In this document: piece after piece, positions 1 through 11,924 of the stretch | Layout of the letters: every line of letters begins with the position of its first letter | How positions within the stretch are numbered: position 1 is the first letter of the stretch | Source of the DNA: Octopus sinensis | Lineage: Eukaryota | Direction of reading: 5' to 3' | DNA: 64,000 nucleotides | Assembly: GCF_006345805.1 (NCBI RefSeq) | Contig: NC_043011.1 | Span: forward strand, 17,124,464 to 17,188,463 | Position numbers and translations under genes: made by a program | Notes under the pieces: generated by a model | Told to the model about the DNA's origin: nothing | Seen by the model: only the letters and a program-made list of their open reading frames with translations | The model's database searches: none

Positions 1-37
1 AATACGCTTAGTATTTTGCCTGGCATGATAACGTTTC

Positions 38-270
38 TTATTTCTTTATTGCCCTCAAGGGTCTAAACATAGAGGTGACAAACAAGGACAGACAAAGGGA
101 TTAAGTCAATTACATCAACCCCAGTGTGTAACTGGTACTTAATTTATCAGCCCTGAAAGGATGAAAAGCAAAGTCGACCTCAGCGGAATTTGAACTTAGA
201 ATGTAACGGCAGACAAAATACGGCTACACATTTCGCCTGGCGTGCTAACGATTCTGCCAGCTCGCTGCCT
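38..270 (-). mobile_element. SINE family A (GGCGGCGAGCTGGCAGAAACG... head, ~230 bp)
   Basis: Reverse complement of the same ~230 bp unit seen at 4476, 37845, 44664 and 62205; AT-rich TAAAGAAATA tail. Confidence 0.85.
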
Positions 271-660
271 TAAAATGAAGGAGTGGAGTTATTCTGGAGT
301 CAGAAAGTTAGCTTGAATGCTTGCAACAAAATAAACTTTTGAATGGACATAAGGACCAGAAGGTGGTGTTAAGTCAGGCAACAATTAAGTCTGCTATGGA
401 GAAGGAGAAGGAAAAGAAAGAGAAGAGTAACAAAAAAATCAAGGAAGAGAAAATTAAGTTGAGATGGCTGTAGATGGTACATATTTGCTTATAGATCCAC
501 ATAGAGCTGATCTGGGGCTAAAAAAACAAGGGTAACATATTTACATAAAGTGAGAGAGAGGGAGAGAAATTCATGTTATCTTATGGTGGGAGAATAGGGA
601 ACTATACCACCTTGAGTGCAATCCCCAAAGAAGCTGGCTATTGATAGAGAGATCAATGAA

Positions 661-886
661 TTTTACTCTTTTACTCTTTTACTTGTTTCAGTCATTTGAC
701 TGTGGCCATGCTGGAGCACCACCTTTAGTCGAGCAAATCGACCCCGGGACTTATTCTTTGTAAGCCCAGTACTTATTCTATCGGTCTCTTTTGCCGAACT
801 GCTAAGTGACGGGGACGTAAACACACCAGCATCGGTTGTCAAGCAATGCTAGGGGGATAAACACAGACACACAAACACACACACAT

Positions 887-917
<31 letters not shown>

Positions 918-1077
918 CATACGACAGGCTTGTTTCAGTTTCCATCTACCAAATCCACTCACAAGGCATTGGTCGGCCCGGGGCTATAGCAGAAGACACT
1001 TGCCCAAGATGCAACGCAGTGGGACTGAACCCGGAACCATGTGGTTCGTTAGCAAGCTACTTACCACACAGCCACTC
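661..1077 (-). mobile_element. SINE family B (tRNA-like head, central TA/CA microsatellite, (GTAAAAGA)n tail)
   Basis: More than 12 near-identical copies in the window; tRNA A/B-box-like head GGCTGTGTGG...GGTTCAGTCCC on the minus strand. Confidence 0.9.
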
Positions 1078-2273
1078 AAACAAGATTCTTAACCAAGAAT
1101 GGTTCAATCATGGTATATACTACAATAATTAAGAGAGTATTTGTGCCCTAATAACACGATAACTCTGGTGAGAAAAATATTTGTTAATCTCAAAATATTT
1201 TGTGGCTCTACGTTTCCTTCTAAAACTTATTTTATTGGTGCTTATATTTGGTTGCGAAGAAAATTTATATCGACTAATCAGATAAAAAAAATTAGTTTTG
1301 CAATTTATACAAATATTTTTGGCAACTTTACTTATAATAGCTAATTTAATATTTTTTTTTCTTCTTTTTCTCTTGCACAGTTTTCAAAAATAACATGATG
1401 TACTTCCCAACCAACAACAATTAGTTCTGATAAGAACTATATATTGAATATACAGAATCAGAACGTTTCAATTTTACTGTAGATGGCAAAAACAACAATA
1501 CCACAGATGCCTGTAGCTGTGGAAAGGAAATTGAAAATAAAGAATTCTTCATAAACAATTAGACTTGTGATTGCCATGCTATAAATACCACCAGAATTTT
1601 TCCAGACCCGCTCAAATATCAGATAGAAAATGAAACACTGTGACTTTTCTTTTAATATATATTTTTCTGCTGTGTTCCCTTTAGCAAAAATACACCATTG
1701 GCAAGGTAATGGCAGCAGCAAAAAGTTGCTTGTTCATCAGCATAAGTGATGTGAGCCACAGTTTGGAGAATGGCTCAGGTAAACATATTCTTAGATTCAT
1801 ATTTATTTGTTTTAGTCTTTAGACTGCATCCATGGTGAAGCACCAACTTGAGTGATTCAGTTGAACCAATTAGCCTTAGTATATATACTCTTTACACTTA
1901 CTATTTTACTTGTTTCAGTCCTGTGACTGTGGCCATGCTGGAGTACTGCCTGTAATCGAACCATCCAGACCATGTCAACATGAACAATGGACATTAAATG
2001 ATGATCATGATGATGATATATATATATATATATATATTGTTATATTTCGGAATGGTCATATTGCCAGTTTAGCCAATAAAAACACACGCACTATATATTT
2101 GGTGTTATTTTGCTTCAGTGTTATTTGTTTTATACATTAATCTTAATCTTATTTCGGCCAGAGTTCTTTCGTCACACTCCTGTGACCGCATCAGTGGTCC
2201 TTTGTTTTCTTCTTTCTTATTTGTGTCTCTCCTTACTAACACACGACTTCACATAAAAAATCTTGCACAACAA

Positions 2274-2308
<35 letters not shown>

Positions 2309-2344
2309 AGAAGAGATGACAGAGTAAAAGATGGTTATGTCATG

Positions 2345-2430
2345 CATTTCTTACAGTTGTTTCTGCTATAAGTTTGCAACTGACTCATAGTTGAGTGCCT
2401 GAATACCACCTAATAGCTTCATCAGAGCCT
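2345..2430 (-). ncRNA. Degenerate type I hammerhead ribozyme (long loop II)
   Basis: Minus strand reads CTGATGA-a-GCTAT...ATAGC-a-GAAAC-AACT-GTA; stem III is a near-palindrome; stem I is poorly paired. Confidence 0.4.
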
Positions 2431-2891
2431 TGAACATTAGAGTCTCCAATAAAGATATAGGATGTTATTCAGTCACTCAAGTGTGAGTCCAATGAGATTC
2501 ATAACATAGCCATCTTTTTCATTTGTCATCTATTTTTCTTATTACCACTGTGTACTCCTTTAACACTCCAATCTGAATCATATGTATATTGAGTTCTACA
2601 CTAGGTCTCACAATGCCTAAATGATATATATACATATATACGTGCATACATATATACACACAAATATACAAATCCTGGTAGATACTCTGTTGGTAAATTT
2701 TGCCCCCGAAACTGCTAAGTTACAGGGACTTAAATAAGCCAATACCTGTAGTCAAATGATAAGAAACAAAATCACACACACACACACATGCATTCCCACG
2801 TACACAATCATACACCCACACACATATGTATGGCAGGCTTCTGCACAGTTTTCGACTACCAAATTCATTTGCAAGGCATTTATTAACCCAG

Positions 2892-3512
2892 TTTCAAGTC
2901 TCTACTTAGATTTGATGACCAGATCTTATGCATATCATTACAGGCTGACCAGGCCATACCCTTTCTAGTTAGAAAATCTTTTCCAGATGATGATGTGTAT
3001 GACCCAAGATATTTGTAATCAGAAACCATATTTAAGATCTGGTCATCAAATCTAAGTAGAGACTTCAAACTTAAAATCTTCAAAGCCACAGTCGAACAAA
3101 TTCTACTATATGGCTCAGAAACCTGGACGTTATCAAAGAAGCTTGAGAGATGGTTGTATGGAACCGACACTTGCCTCCTTATGAGAGCTCAAAATATCTC
3201 GTGGAAGCATCATCCAACCAAAATGCAAATATATGGGAAACTACCACCTGTGTCATCTCTTGTGAAAGGTAGAAGAGTCCAGTTTGCTGGACATTGTTGT
3301 AGAGCTGAAAACGATGTAATATCTACTCTTCTCCTCTAGAAGCCATCTACTCACGATACCAGAGGGCGCACACTCTCCTACCCTGATATAATCTCCAGGG
3401 ATACAGGCATCCAGCAACAGGACCTCCGTAATGCTATGATGGACCGTGAAGTCTGGCGTAGCTTGGTAAATTCCATTGTCTCGACCACGGTCAAACAATG
3501 ATGATGATGATG
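2892..3512 (+). mobile_element. 5'-truncated RTE-like LINE with 5' inversion and 10-bp TSD
   Basis: Plus strand 3033-3500 translates to KATVEQILLYGSETWTL...FAGHC...DREVWR, with a (TGA)n tail. 2892-3031 is the inverted upstream part (YKYLGS). ATTAACCCAG occurs at 2882-2891 and 3513-3522. Confidence 0.85.
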
Positions 3513-3689
3513 ATTAACCCAGAGCTGTGCAGTGAGACTGACCTTTAAAACATGGTGGAGTCTCTTGTACTTGCTGAAAAAATGAAACTAGCGTTAATTA
3601 CTGTCACATCTTTTGTTCCTCACTCCATATTTACTTGAAATACGTCACTCTGGACTCAAACTCCTGGACATCAATACAATACAAAATAT

Positions 3690-4960
3690 GGGCGGTGACG
3701 ATGGTGATGATGGTGAGGATGGTAATGATGGTGGGAGGGATGGTAATTGCGATACCAGTGGCAATAAACATGGCAATGTTCATTGCAACGGTAATGAAAA
3801 TGATGGAAGTTACTATAGTTACTACTGTCAGGTAGGTTATAGTAGTAGTGATTATGATGATGTAGTGATGGTAGTGGTGATAGTAGAGGTAACAATAGTA
3901 GGGTTCGTGTCAGTATTATTATTATCATTAGTATTATTATTATTAGTAGTAGTAGTAGAAGCAGTAGTTGTAGTAATAACAGCGGCGGTTTTTAGACCAA
4001 AGTGTTAAAAGTCTAAAATATTTTTAGATCAAAGTGCTTTAGAATAAAGTAGTTAAGAAAGATCAATTTAGTCTAAAACCCTTTGGACTAATTACACTTT
4101 GCTCTAATGAAACTTTGATATTAAAATCCTTTTTGTAAATACAAAGCAGAGTCAATACTACTTGGTAGTGTTCGAAGAAGTGGTGGTAGGTAGAGGTACT
4201 GGTGTTGTTAGAGGTGGCGTAGTAGTAGTAGTAGTACTGGCACTGGTGGTGCTGGTGGGGCTTGCAGTTGTGGTGGTTGTCATTGATTGCAATGGTATTT
4301 GTGCTGTTGGTTATTTTGTTTTTGATGATGGTGGGTGTGATGGTGATGGAGATGGCTCTGGTAGTTGTACTTGCGGTGCTATCTGTAGCAGTAGTAGCAA
4401 TAGTGGTGATAACAACAGTACTAGTAGTAGTAGTGGTTGCAGTAGTGGTGGTGGTATTATTATTATTATTGGAAAGCGGCGAGCTGGCAGAAACGTTAGC
4501 ACACTGGGTGAAATGCGTAGCTATATTTCGTCTGTCGTTACGTTGTGAGTTCAAATTTCACCGAGGTCAACTTTGCCTTTCATCCTATCGGGGTCGATAA
4601 ATTAAGTACCAGTTACACACTGGGGTCGATGTAATCAACTGAATACCTATGTCTGTCCTTGTTTGTCCCCTCTATGTTTAGCCCCTTGTGGGTAGTAAAG
4701 AAATAGGTATTATTATTATTAATTATTATTATTATTATTATTTTATTATTATTATTATTATTATTATTAGTAGTAGTAGTAGTAGTAATAGTAGTAGTGG
4801 TAATGGTGATGATAGTAGAAATAATTGTATTAGAGGTGGTGGTGGTGGTGGTAGTTAGTAGTAGCAATATTAGTGGTGGTGATACTAGTAGTAGTGGTAC
4901 TGGTGATGATAGTAGTAGTAGCAGCTGTACTGATGGTGGTGGTGGTGGTAGTTAGTAGTA
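3690..4960. repeat. (TAG/GAT/GGT)-rich low-complexity tract
   Basis: Degenerate trinucleotide repeats that produce the spurious ORFs here. Confidence 0.85.
4476..4706 (+). mobile_element. SINE family A
   Basis: Full-length copy. Confidence 0.85.
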
Positions 4961-5289
4961 GCAGTTAGACTAAAAGTGTTTTCGACCAAAGCAATTTAGT
5001 TGGTTATTTAATGAGCCTTCAATTAAATATGTTAATATTAATGTACTTATTATTTTTTCAAGCAGTTGGAACCTTCTAGATATTCAGATTCTTTACAAAT
5101 TTTATTTTTCTGTGCTAACAAATGTGAAACTTTTATTCATCCATCCCTACTCAAGCAAGTAGGGAGAAAGCTAAGCTTTGCTAATAAAGTCAAAATGATC
5201 CCAAACTGTAACTAGAGTTGTCTCCCATTGTTGGAAAAAAAATGGAAAATGACTTAATTCAATGAGTGTAATTTTTCTGTAATTGCATA

Positions 5290-5600
5290 ATGTCCATTGT
5301 ATTTGGTTCATATGAAGGCAATTTCAATAAATGTTATGCAAATTTCCACTCTTCTTTCTGGCACATTGACAAAAGTAAAGCCACTAAGTTGGCTAGCCAT
5401 GTATGCTGTTTGAAAACCAACTGTACACTGCATACAATCAAGTGGAGAATTGAGGGGAAATCCATGCCATATATAAATGGATTTAAGAAATGCAATTTAT
5501 GTATTGCAGAAACAGCGCACATTTTTTTTTATCTAAGAATTCTACTTCACTGCTTAAGACCAGATCTGAAATTTTCAGCAAATGAATAAATTTCATTTGG
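5290..5600 (+). mobile_element. Penelope-like element GIY-YIG endonuclease remnant
   Basis: EGNFNKCYANFHSSF...TKLASHV..LK...IKWRI...PY..G.KKCNLC.AE matches the PLE GIY-YIG C-terminal pattern (F..RY.NH..SF...T.LS.Y.W.LK...W.I...CxLC..EK). Confidence 0.7.
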
Positions 5601-7038
5601 TGAATTGGAGGACACTTCCCTCCCCAGATTGAACAGCTCTCCAGCAGATTTTGGATCCCTCTCTATATTTATTCTTCAACTAGTTTAATTATGACTTCTA
5701 CAGTCAAAGCGGATGTAATTCTAATTTTCTTTCATTTCTTTGCTTTTTTGTGTTTTTATTCACCCTTCATCAGCCTTTTTTCACACGGTTTCTCATGTAC
5801 CACCATCTTGATTTTGAAATAGAACAGATCATGTGCTCAGGGCTTGAAGACTGCTTGGTGACACAAGGCATGTCATAAAAACCTGTCTTGCAATGTGTCT
5901 TATATATACGTGTGTATTTGTGTGTGTACTCATTTTTATATAGTGTACATATATTAGATAGCTAGATAGATAGATATGAAGTTATATAATTTAAAAGAAT
6001 CTAGGCTCATCAACACATAGGATACCTGAAATGGCTAGGTGCAATAACATAGGTTTCAAAGTGAGGTAAAACAACCATTAAGGTGTCAGTCATTGGTAGA
6101 ATATTGTAGATATGTAAGTACCAAATCCAATTTAAACAGTAGATCTGACTCAAGATTAGTTCTCGGTGTGGCATAGGTATAAAAAAAAACACAAATGGGG
6201 TTTAAAATTTATGACTGCTGTTTTGGTAAAATTTTATTGGTGTATTCAGAGATTACATGATAGCATACAATCCAGCATCCTTAGATAAGATTTAAAACAG
6301 GTATAAGACGGTGAGATGATACCTTGATGATTATGAATCCAACCAAAATTTTACTGGAAGATGGTGGATTATCTGCTTTGATGCAATATCTATGAATACA
6401 TAAATGAAATTTTATCGAAACAACTGTTGTAAATTTTAACCCCCATTTGTGTTCTTGTATATATATATATATATGTGTGTGTGCGTGTGTGTGTGTATTT
6501 GTGTGTGTATATGCATGTAAACACACATGTACACAGACATACATATATAGATACATTCATAAATATACACTAATATATATATACACAACAGGGCTGTGTC
6601 GTAAGTAGTTTACTTCCAAACCACATGGTTTGAGATTCAGACCTTGTGCAAGTGTCATCTCCTATAGCCACAGGCTGAACAAAACCTTGAGAGTGGTTTG
6701 GGAGAAGCTGATTATATATATAAATGTGTAGACAAGTATATGTATGCCTGTGTGTATACATGTGAGTGTGTGTGTTTGTGTGTATGTGTTGCTCGCTTCT
6801 CATTTAGATGTCATATGATGGTTGTAAATGAATGTCACCAACATGCAAGCATTTCCTTTGTTTCCATTCTGGCATAAAAGCGTGTTTGACAATAAATAAT
6901 GTTACCTTACTTGGAATCTCGTGAGCATTGATGTGAGGAAGGACTTGTGATTGCTGAAAATTTATCTCACAAATTCCGTCCAACCTATGTGAGCAGCATT
7001 GAAAAACATGTTAAAATGATGATGAGGGGGATATGCAT

Positions 7039-7142
<104 letters not shown>

Positions 7143-7797
7143 GAAGTCTTGTCTTGGTATGTGATGTTTTATTATTTTCCCCTGACAAAGGAGTCATTAT
7201 CGTAATGCACCCAGATGCATTAAATACGCTGATGAAACCCTGAAATGGCAATAGGGACTGTAAATATACATTTTTTTGCTTGGACATTGGCTTTTCTTAA
7301 TAGGCTTCCCATTATCTTAAAAAGTACGAAAACATTCTTAATCGATGAACTTTTATATGTAACTTATATATTTATATGTTTCTTATAATACACATTTTTA
7401 TATATTTATATATTTTCATATTTTTATATATTTATTATTCTAGGTGTTATAATGTTAAAAAAATTTTTTTTAGACACTGAAGTATTAATTTTTAATTTTT
7501 AATTGCGATAGACTACTCACATTTTTTTATATGCTTGTCTGAATGAATTATTGTTTCATCTTCTGTGATTTTATGCATCCGTATTCTATGTATAACAAAA
7601 ATCATTATGTTTTTGTTTTTTATATGTGATTAACTGTTTGAAATGTGATACGTTAGGTGGATGACCTTAAATTTGTTGTTTGTTCTGCAACCAAAGTTTG
7701 TAAACTCGTCTCGTTTACTTGATCACTTCTATAGCAGTCCTATTAACCCTATTGTTTCTAATAAGAAACAATCACTATTATTATTGATATATATATA

Positions 7798-7847
<50 letters not shown>

Positions 7848-7859
7848 ATATATATACAT

Positions 7860-8100
7860 ATATCATCATCATCATCATTTAACATCTCTTTTCCATTCTG
7901 GCATGGGTCAAGCAGCTTGAGCAGTGCTGGTCAGCTGGGTCAGGCTCTAGATTTCTGGTTTGACTTGGATGCCCTTCCTAACACCAACCACTTTACAGAA
8001 TGTACTGGGTGTGTTTCACATGTCACTGGCATGTGTGCTCTTTTATGTGTCACCAGCACTGGGAAACTTCTGTCTCCAGCATGGATGTCACTGGCATAAG
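7860..8100 (-). mobile_element. Short interspersed element family C ((ATG)n-tailed)
   Basis: Homologous to 31700-32005 and 62945-63343 (GGAAGGGCATCCAGC core, ATG tail). Confidence 0.65.
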
Positions 8101-8148
8101 TGCTATTATAGGGGCCGTGTATGTGTGTGTGTGTGTGTATGTGTATAT

Positions 8149-8197
<49 letters not shown>

Positions 8198-8199
<2 letters not shown>

Positions 8200-8497
8200 A
8201 GGCGCAATGGCCCAGTGGTTAGGGCAGAGGACTCGCGGTGGTAGGATCGCGGTTTCGATTTCCAGAGTGGGCATTGTGAGTGTTTATTGAGCGAAAACAT
8301 ACAAAGCACCACGCGGCCCTGGCAGGGGGTGGTGGCGATGTATGCTGTACTCTTTCGCCACAACATTCTCTCACTCCTTCTGTTGGCCTGCTCGCTTAGC
8401 CAGCGGGGTGGCGTCATTCGAAAGCTAGAACAATGCGAAGCACATTGTGACCAGCGATGTATAGCAACATCTGATAGTCTGGTCAGTCACGGTGATC
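8198..8497 (+). mobile_element. tRNA-derived SINE family D
   Basis: Head GGAGGCGCAATGGCCCAGTGGTTAGGGCA...GGTTTCGATT carries A/B boxes. Confidence 0.75.
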
Positions 8498-8508
8498 CTG
8501 GTGATATA

Positions 8509-8576
<68 letters not shown>

Positions 8577-8587
8577 CCACACATACA

Positions 8588-8638
<51 letters not shown>

Positions 8639-8788
8639 GGGTAAGTTAGAGATCATCCATCTAAGTGATAGCTTGTATCCTATGATTCCACAGGTGTATT
8701 ACCTATATTCAATCATGAGCATTGGTGGTAATGCTCATAAATGATAGGTAGTGACAATCATAAACAAGAGTTTATCAATATTCAAAGG

Positions 8789-8959
8789 AAAACAGAAAAT
8801 GGAGATACAATCAATGGATGACAATTGATTTACATCAATTATCATTTATTAATTAATTACAAAAAGAGAGACAGAATCTGTCTTTTTGTAACTAATTCAT
8901 AGATGATAATTGATGTAAACTAATTGTTATGCATTGATTGTATCTTTATTTTCTGTTTT
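8789..8959. repeat. Imperfect foldback (~85-bp arms)
   Basis: AAAACAGAAAAT...GACAG-aat-CTGTC...ATTTTCTGTTTT. Confidence 0.8.
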
Positions 8960-9120
8960 GTTTATATATATATATAATACTTGGGAAAAAATAAGTTCAA
9001 AATAGAACAATTCAAAACTTTTTGAGAGGTCCAGAAAGAGAGAAAGAATGATTTCTAATAAAGATTCATCATATTCATAAAAAAACAGCCAGAGCAAGTA
9101 ACAAGAATATGAAAATAGTA

Positions 9121-9243
9121 ATTGAAAATATCATTATATTTATAAAAATAACATAAACAATTATAGATCATTCAACATCTTTTCTCCTCAATTTTTCTAT
9201 AATTGTTTATGCTATTTTTATAAATATAATGATATTTTTCAAC
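9121..9243. repeat. Foldback (~46-bp arms, ~30-nt loop)
   Basis: TTGAAAATATCATTATATTTATAAAAATA pairs with TATTTTTATAAATATAATGATATTTTTCAA. Confidence 0.8.
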
Positions 9244-9257
9244 TATATATATAATAT

Positions 9258-9299
<42 letters not shown>

Positions 9300-9301
9300 C
9301 A

Positions 9302-9352
<51 letters not shown>

Positions 9353-9613
9353 ATCATATTATATATATAATATATTATTTATATATATATATTTATATAA
9401 TATAAATATTATATATATTTGTAATTAATTATATATATATATATTTATATATATATAATATTAAAAGAGCAATAAAGATTCAAGTTAATTTAAAAGAATT
9501 TACTTGAATATGGTACCTAACTTAGATGCACCAAAAAAAACTATACTGATTTAACACAATACAGTAATGTGGGGTGATTATAAGCGAGAAAGAAGCAACA
9601 AGAATGGATAGGT

Positions 9614-9704
9614 TTTTAGTACGATCGTTTCATACAAGGACAGGTTTTATTAAAAGTTGCAAAGATTACAGCATATAAACGAGTCCCGTACTCATCAGCT
9701 AAAA
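9614..9704 (-). ncRNA. Type I hammerhead ribozyme (long loop II)
   Basis: TTTTAG-CTGATGA-GTACGGGAC...GTCCTTGTAT-GAAAC-GATC-GTA-CTAAAA: 6-bp stem I and palindromic stem III ACGATCGT. Confidence 0.75.
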
Positions 9705-9935
9705 TACATGTAAGTTCTCTAGACATCCTAGTGTTTGAGGCTATACTCATGAAGTAATGTAGATAATTAAACAGATTTCTAAAGTTCATTAAAGTTCTTT
9801 AAAGATGATGTACAGTCTTATAAGACTGTACATCATCTTTAAAGAACTTTAATGAACTTTAGAAATCTGTTTAATTATCTACATTACTTCATGAGTATAG
9901 CCTCAACACTAGGATGTCTAGAGAACTTACATGTA

Positions 9936-10024
9936 TTTTAGCTGATGAGTACGGGACTCGTTATATTGCTGTAATCTTTGCAACTTTAATAAAACCTGTC
10001 CTTGTATGAACGATCGTACTAAAA
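9936..10024 (+). ncRNA. Type I hammerhead, mirror copy with GAA instead of GAAA
   Basis: Same motif in the right arm with one A missing from the core (mutation or sequencing error). Confidence 0.55.
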
Positions 10025-10206
10025 ACCTATCCATTCTTGTTGCTTCTTTCTCGCGTATATATAATATTATATATATATGTAATTAATTATATATATATAT
10101 TATCTATATCTATATAATATTTATATATTATATATATAATATAATATATATATAGTTATAATTAAATATATATATATAATATATATATATTATAATATAT
10201 ATATAT

Positions 10207-10241
<35 letters not shown>

Positions 10242-10544
10242 TTTTGCCAAGCTAACATGGCAGTCCAAAAAATAAGATGAATGCTGCCGTTGATTAGCTC
10301 CAAGAAGATATCGCTTCTAGCTAGCTATGTGACACACAGACCTGAGTCCATTATAACCTTCGAGCAGGGGAGGTCAGCAGCTTCCCCTTGCTGGTCTGAT
10401 ATCCACAGACTAATTTCAAGGTGGTTGCCTCTTATCAATGTAGAATAGCCGAACCCAGCAGGCATCACTAATGACCAACTGTTCGAAGAATTATTTACCT
10501 AAATAATCCTTCAAACAGTACATATATTTTAATTCAATTTTTAT

Positions 10545-10826
10545 TTATGTGCCCTTTTCAAGCCTAGCCAGGCTCATGGGCCTGGTTTCCTGGTTTCTGT
10601 GGTGTATGTGTTCCCTGCAACTGGATGGGACACCAGTCCATTGCAGCATTACTCAAGAAACAGGAAGAAAGTGTGAGAGAAAGTTGGGGCGAAAGAGTAC
10701 AACAGTGGTCGCAACTTTAGCTTTAGGTGTTGTCACTCACTAAACACAACACCCAGTCTGGGAAGCAAAACTGTGATCCTCCAACCGCGAGTCCGTTGAC
10801 CTAACCGCTGAGCCATGCGCCTCCAT
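10545..10826 (-). mobile_element. tRNA-derived SINE with V-domain-like motif
   Basis: Minus strand has a GGAGGCGCATGGCTCAGCGGTTAG head and internal GCTGCAATGGACTGGTGTCCCATCCAG; related to 33499-33792. Confidence 0.7.
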
Positions 10827-10994
10827 ACATAAATAAATTTGCCCTTTTAAAGCCTAGCCAGGCTTATGGCCCAGTTTCCCGGTTTCAATGGCATATGTGT
10901 TCCCCAGCTGGACTGGACACCAGTCCATCGCAGCGTTACACATTTTTGCCAGCTGAGTGGACTGGAGCAACCTGAAATGAAATCATAGGATGTT

Positions 10995-11186
10995 TGGGTT
11001 TAAACCAGCCATACCCAGCCCAAATATTCTATTTTATGTCCAAAGCACCACACTTTGTCTCACAAACCTACCTTACAATATCATTCTAAAAATAAGCCAA
11101 CACACCATGAATGAGATAATGCATGATTACTTCAAAACAAATATATGATGCATTTCACACACTAATCTGAATAGTAAATGGTTAAA
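10995..11186. mobile_element. Decayed piggyBac-like MITE
   Basis: Same family as 23010-23215 and 38338-38562; TTAA-like ends. Confidence 0.45.
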
Positions 11187-11293
11187 GAAGAAGCTGGCAT
11201 GATACAATGATAGAGAGAATACTTTTGGATCTGGTTTTCAGCACTTCTGGGGTTTCTCTCAAAGGGACAAGTTGACACACATGAATAACATAT

Positions 11294-11524
11294 GTTTCTT
11301 TATTGCCCACAAAGGGCTAAACATAGAGGAGACAAACAAGGACGGACAAAGGGATTAAGTCGATTACATCGACCCCAGTGCGTAACTGGTGCTTAATTTA
11401 TCGACCCCTAAAGGATGAAAAGCAAAGTTGACCTTGATGGAATTTGAACTCACAACGTAACGGCAGACGAAATACGGCTACGCATTTCGTCTAGCGTGCT
11501 AACGTTTCTACCAGCTCGTCACCA
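11294..11524 (-). mobile_element. SINE family A
   Basis: Full-length copy. Confidence 0.85.
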
Positions 11525-11593
11525 CATGAATAACATATTAACATATGAGAATATGAGGAGATTCTCTTAGCAATAAATCAGTGGAGTCTAGAT

Positions 11594-11921
11594 TAGTAGT
11601 TCTCAACCAGGGTCCATATAAGATTTGTGTGTGTGCGTGTGTGGCAGGGATGCATGCAACAAAATAGTAAATTGGGGATCCACAATAGTATTTTAAGGGA
11701 CCCCTAAAAACATTTTGCTTTAGATGTATGTATTGGTATGTATTGCAGGAAAAAGCTAAGTTTCTTTCTCTAACATTTTACTTAGTCCAATCTACACAAG
11801 TTAATGTGTGAAAAATAAAGTAGTAATTTTGAAAGAAGTTTCTATGGCTTTGGGGGTCCACCAGAGTAAAATAGTAATCAAAGGGTCCATAGTTAAAAAA
11901 CAAAATTGTTGAGAACTCCTG
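11594..11921. mobile_element. hAT (Charlie-like) MITE
   Basis: TIRs TAGTAGTTCTCAAC / GTTGAGAACTCCTG; 8-bp TSD GTCTAGAT / GTTTAGAT (7 of 8 match). Confidence 0.75.
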
Positions 11922-11924
11922 GTT

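Larger units (their letters stand above)
9462..10054. mobile_element. Head-to-head inverted HHR-bearing element forming a ~470-bp spacerless palindrome (9586-10054)
   Basis: Centre CAGTCTTA|TAAGACTG at 9820/9821; arms differ only by small indels; both ends abut TA-rich tracts. Confidence 0.8.

Noticed and set aside
1458-1721. 87-aa hydrophobic minus-strand ORF
   Set aside because: No recognisable family; composition is explained by AT-rich DNA.
3990-4120. Short TTAGACCAAAG-like repeats with variable spacing
   Set aside because: A degenerate minisatellite; not CRISPR-like (eukaryotic context, no constant repeat/spacer lengths).
7220-7265. CTGATGA followed by a CCCT/AGGG stem
   Set aside because: No GAAA after the stem.
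8198-8270. tRNA gene-like sequence (also 33499 and 55780-55848)
   Set aside because: These are SINE heads followed by SINE bodies with no proper acceptor stem.
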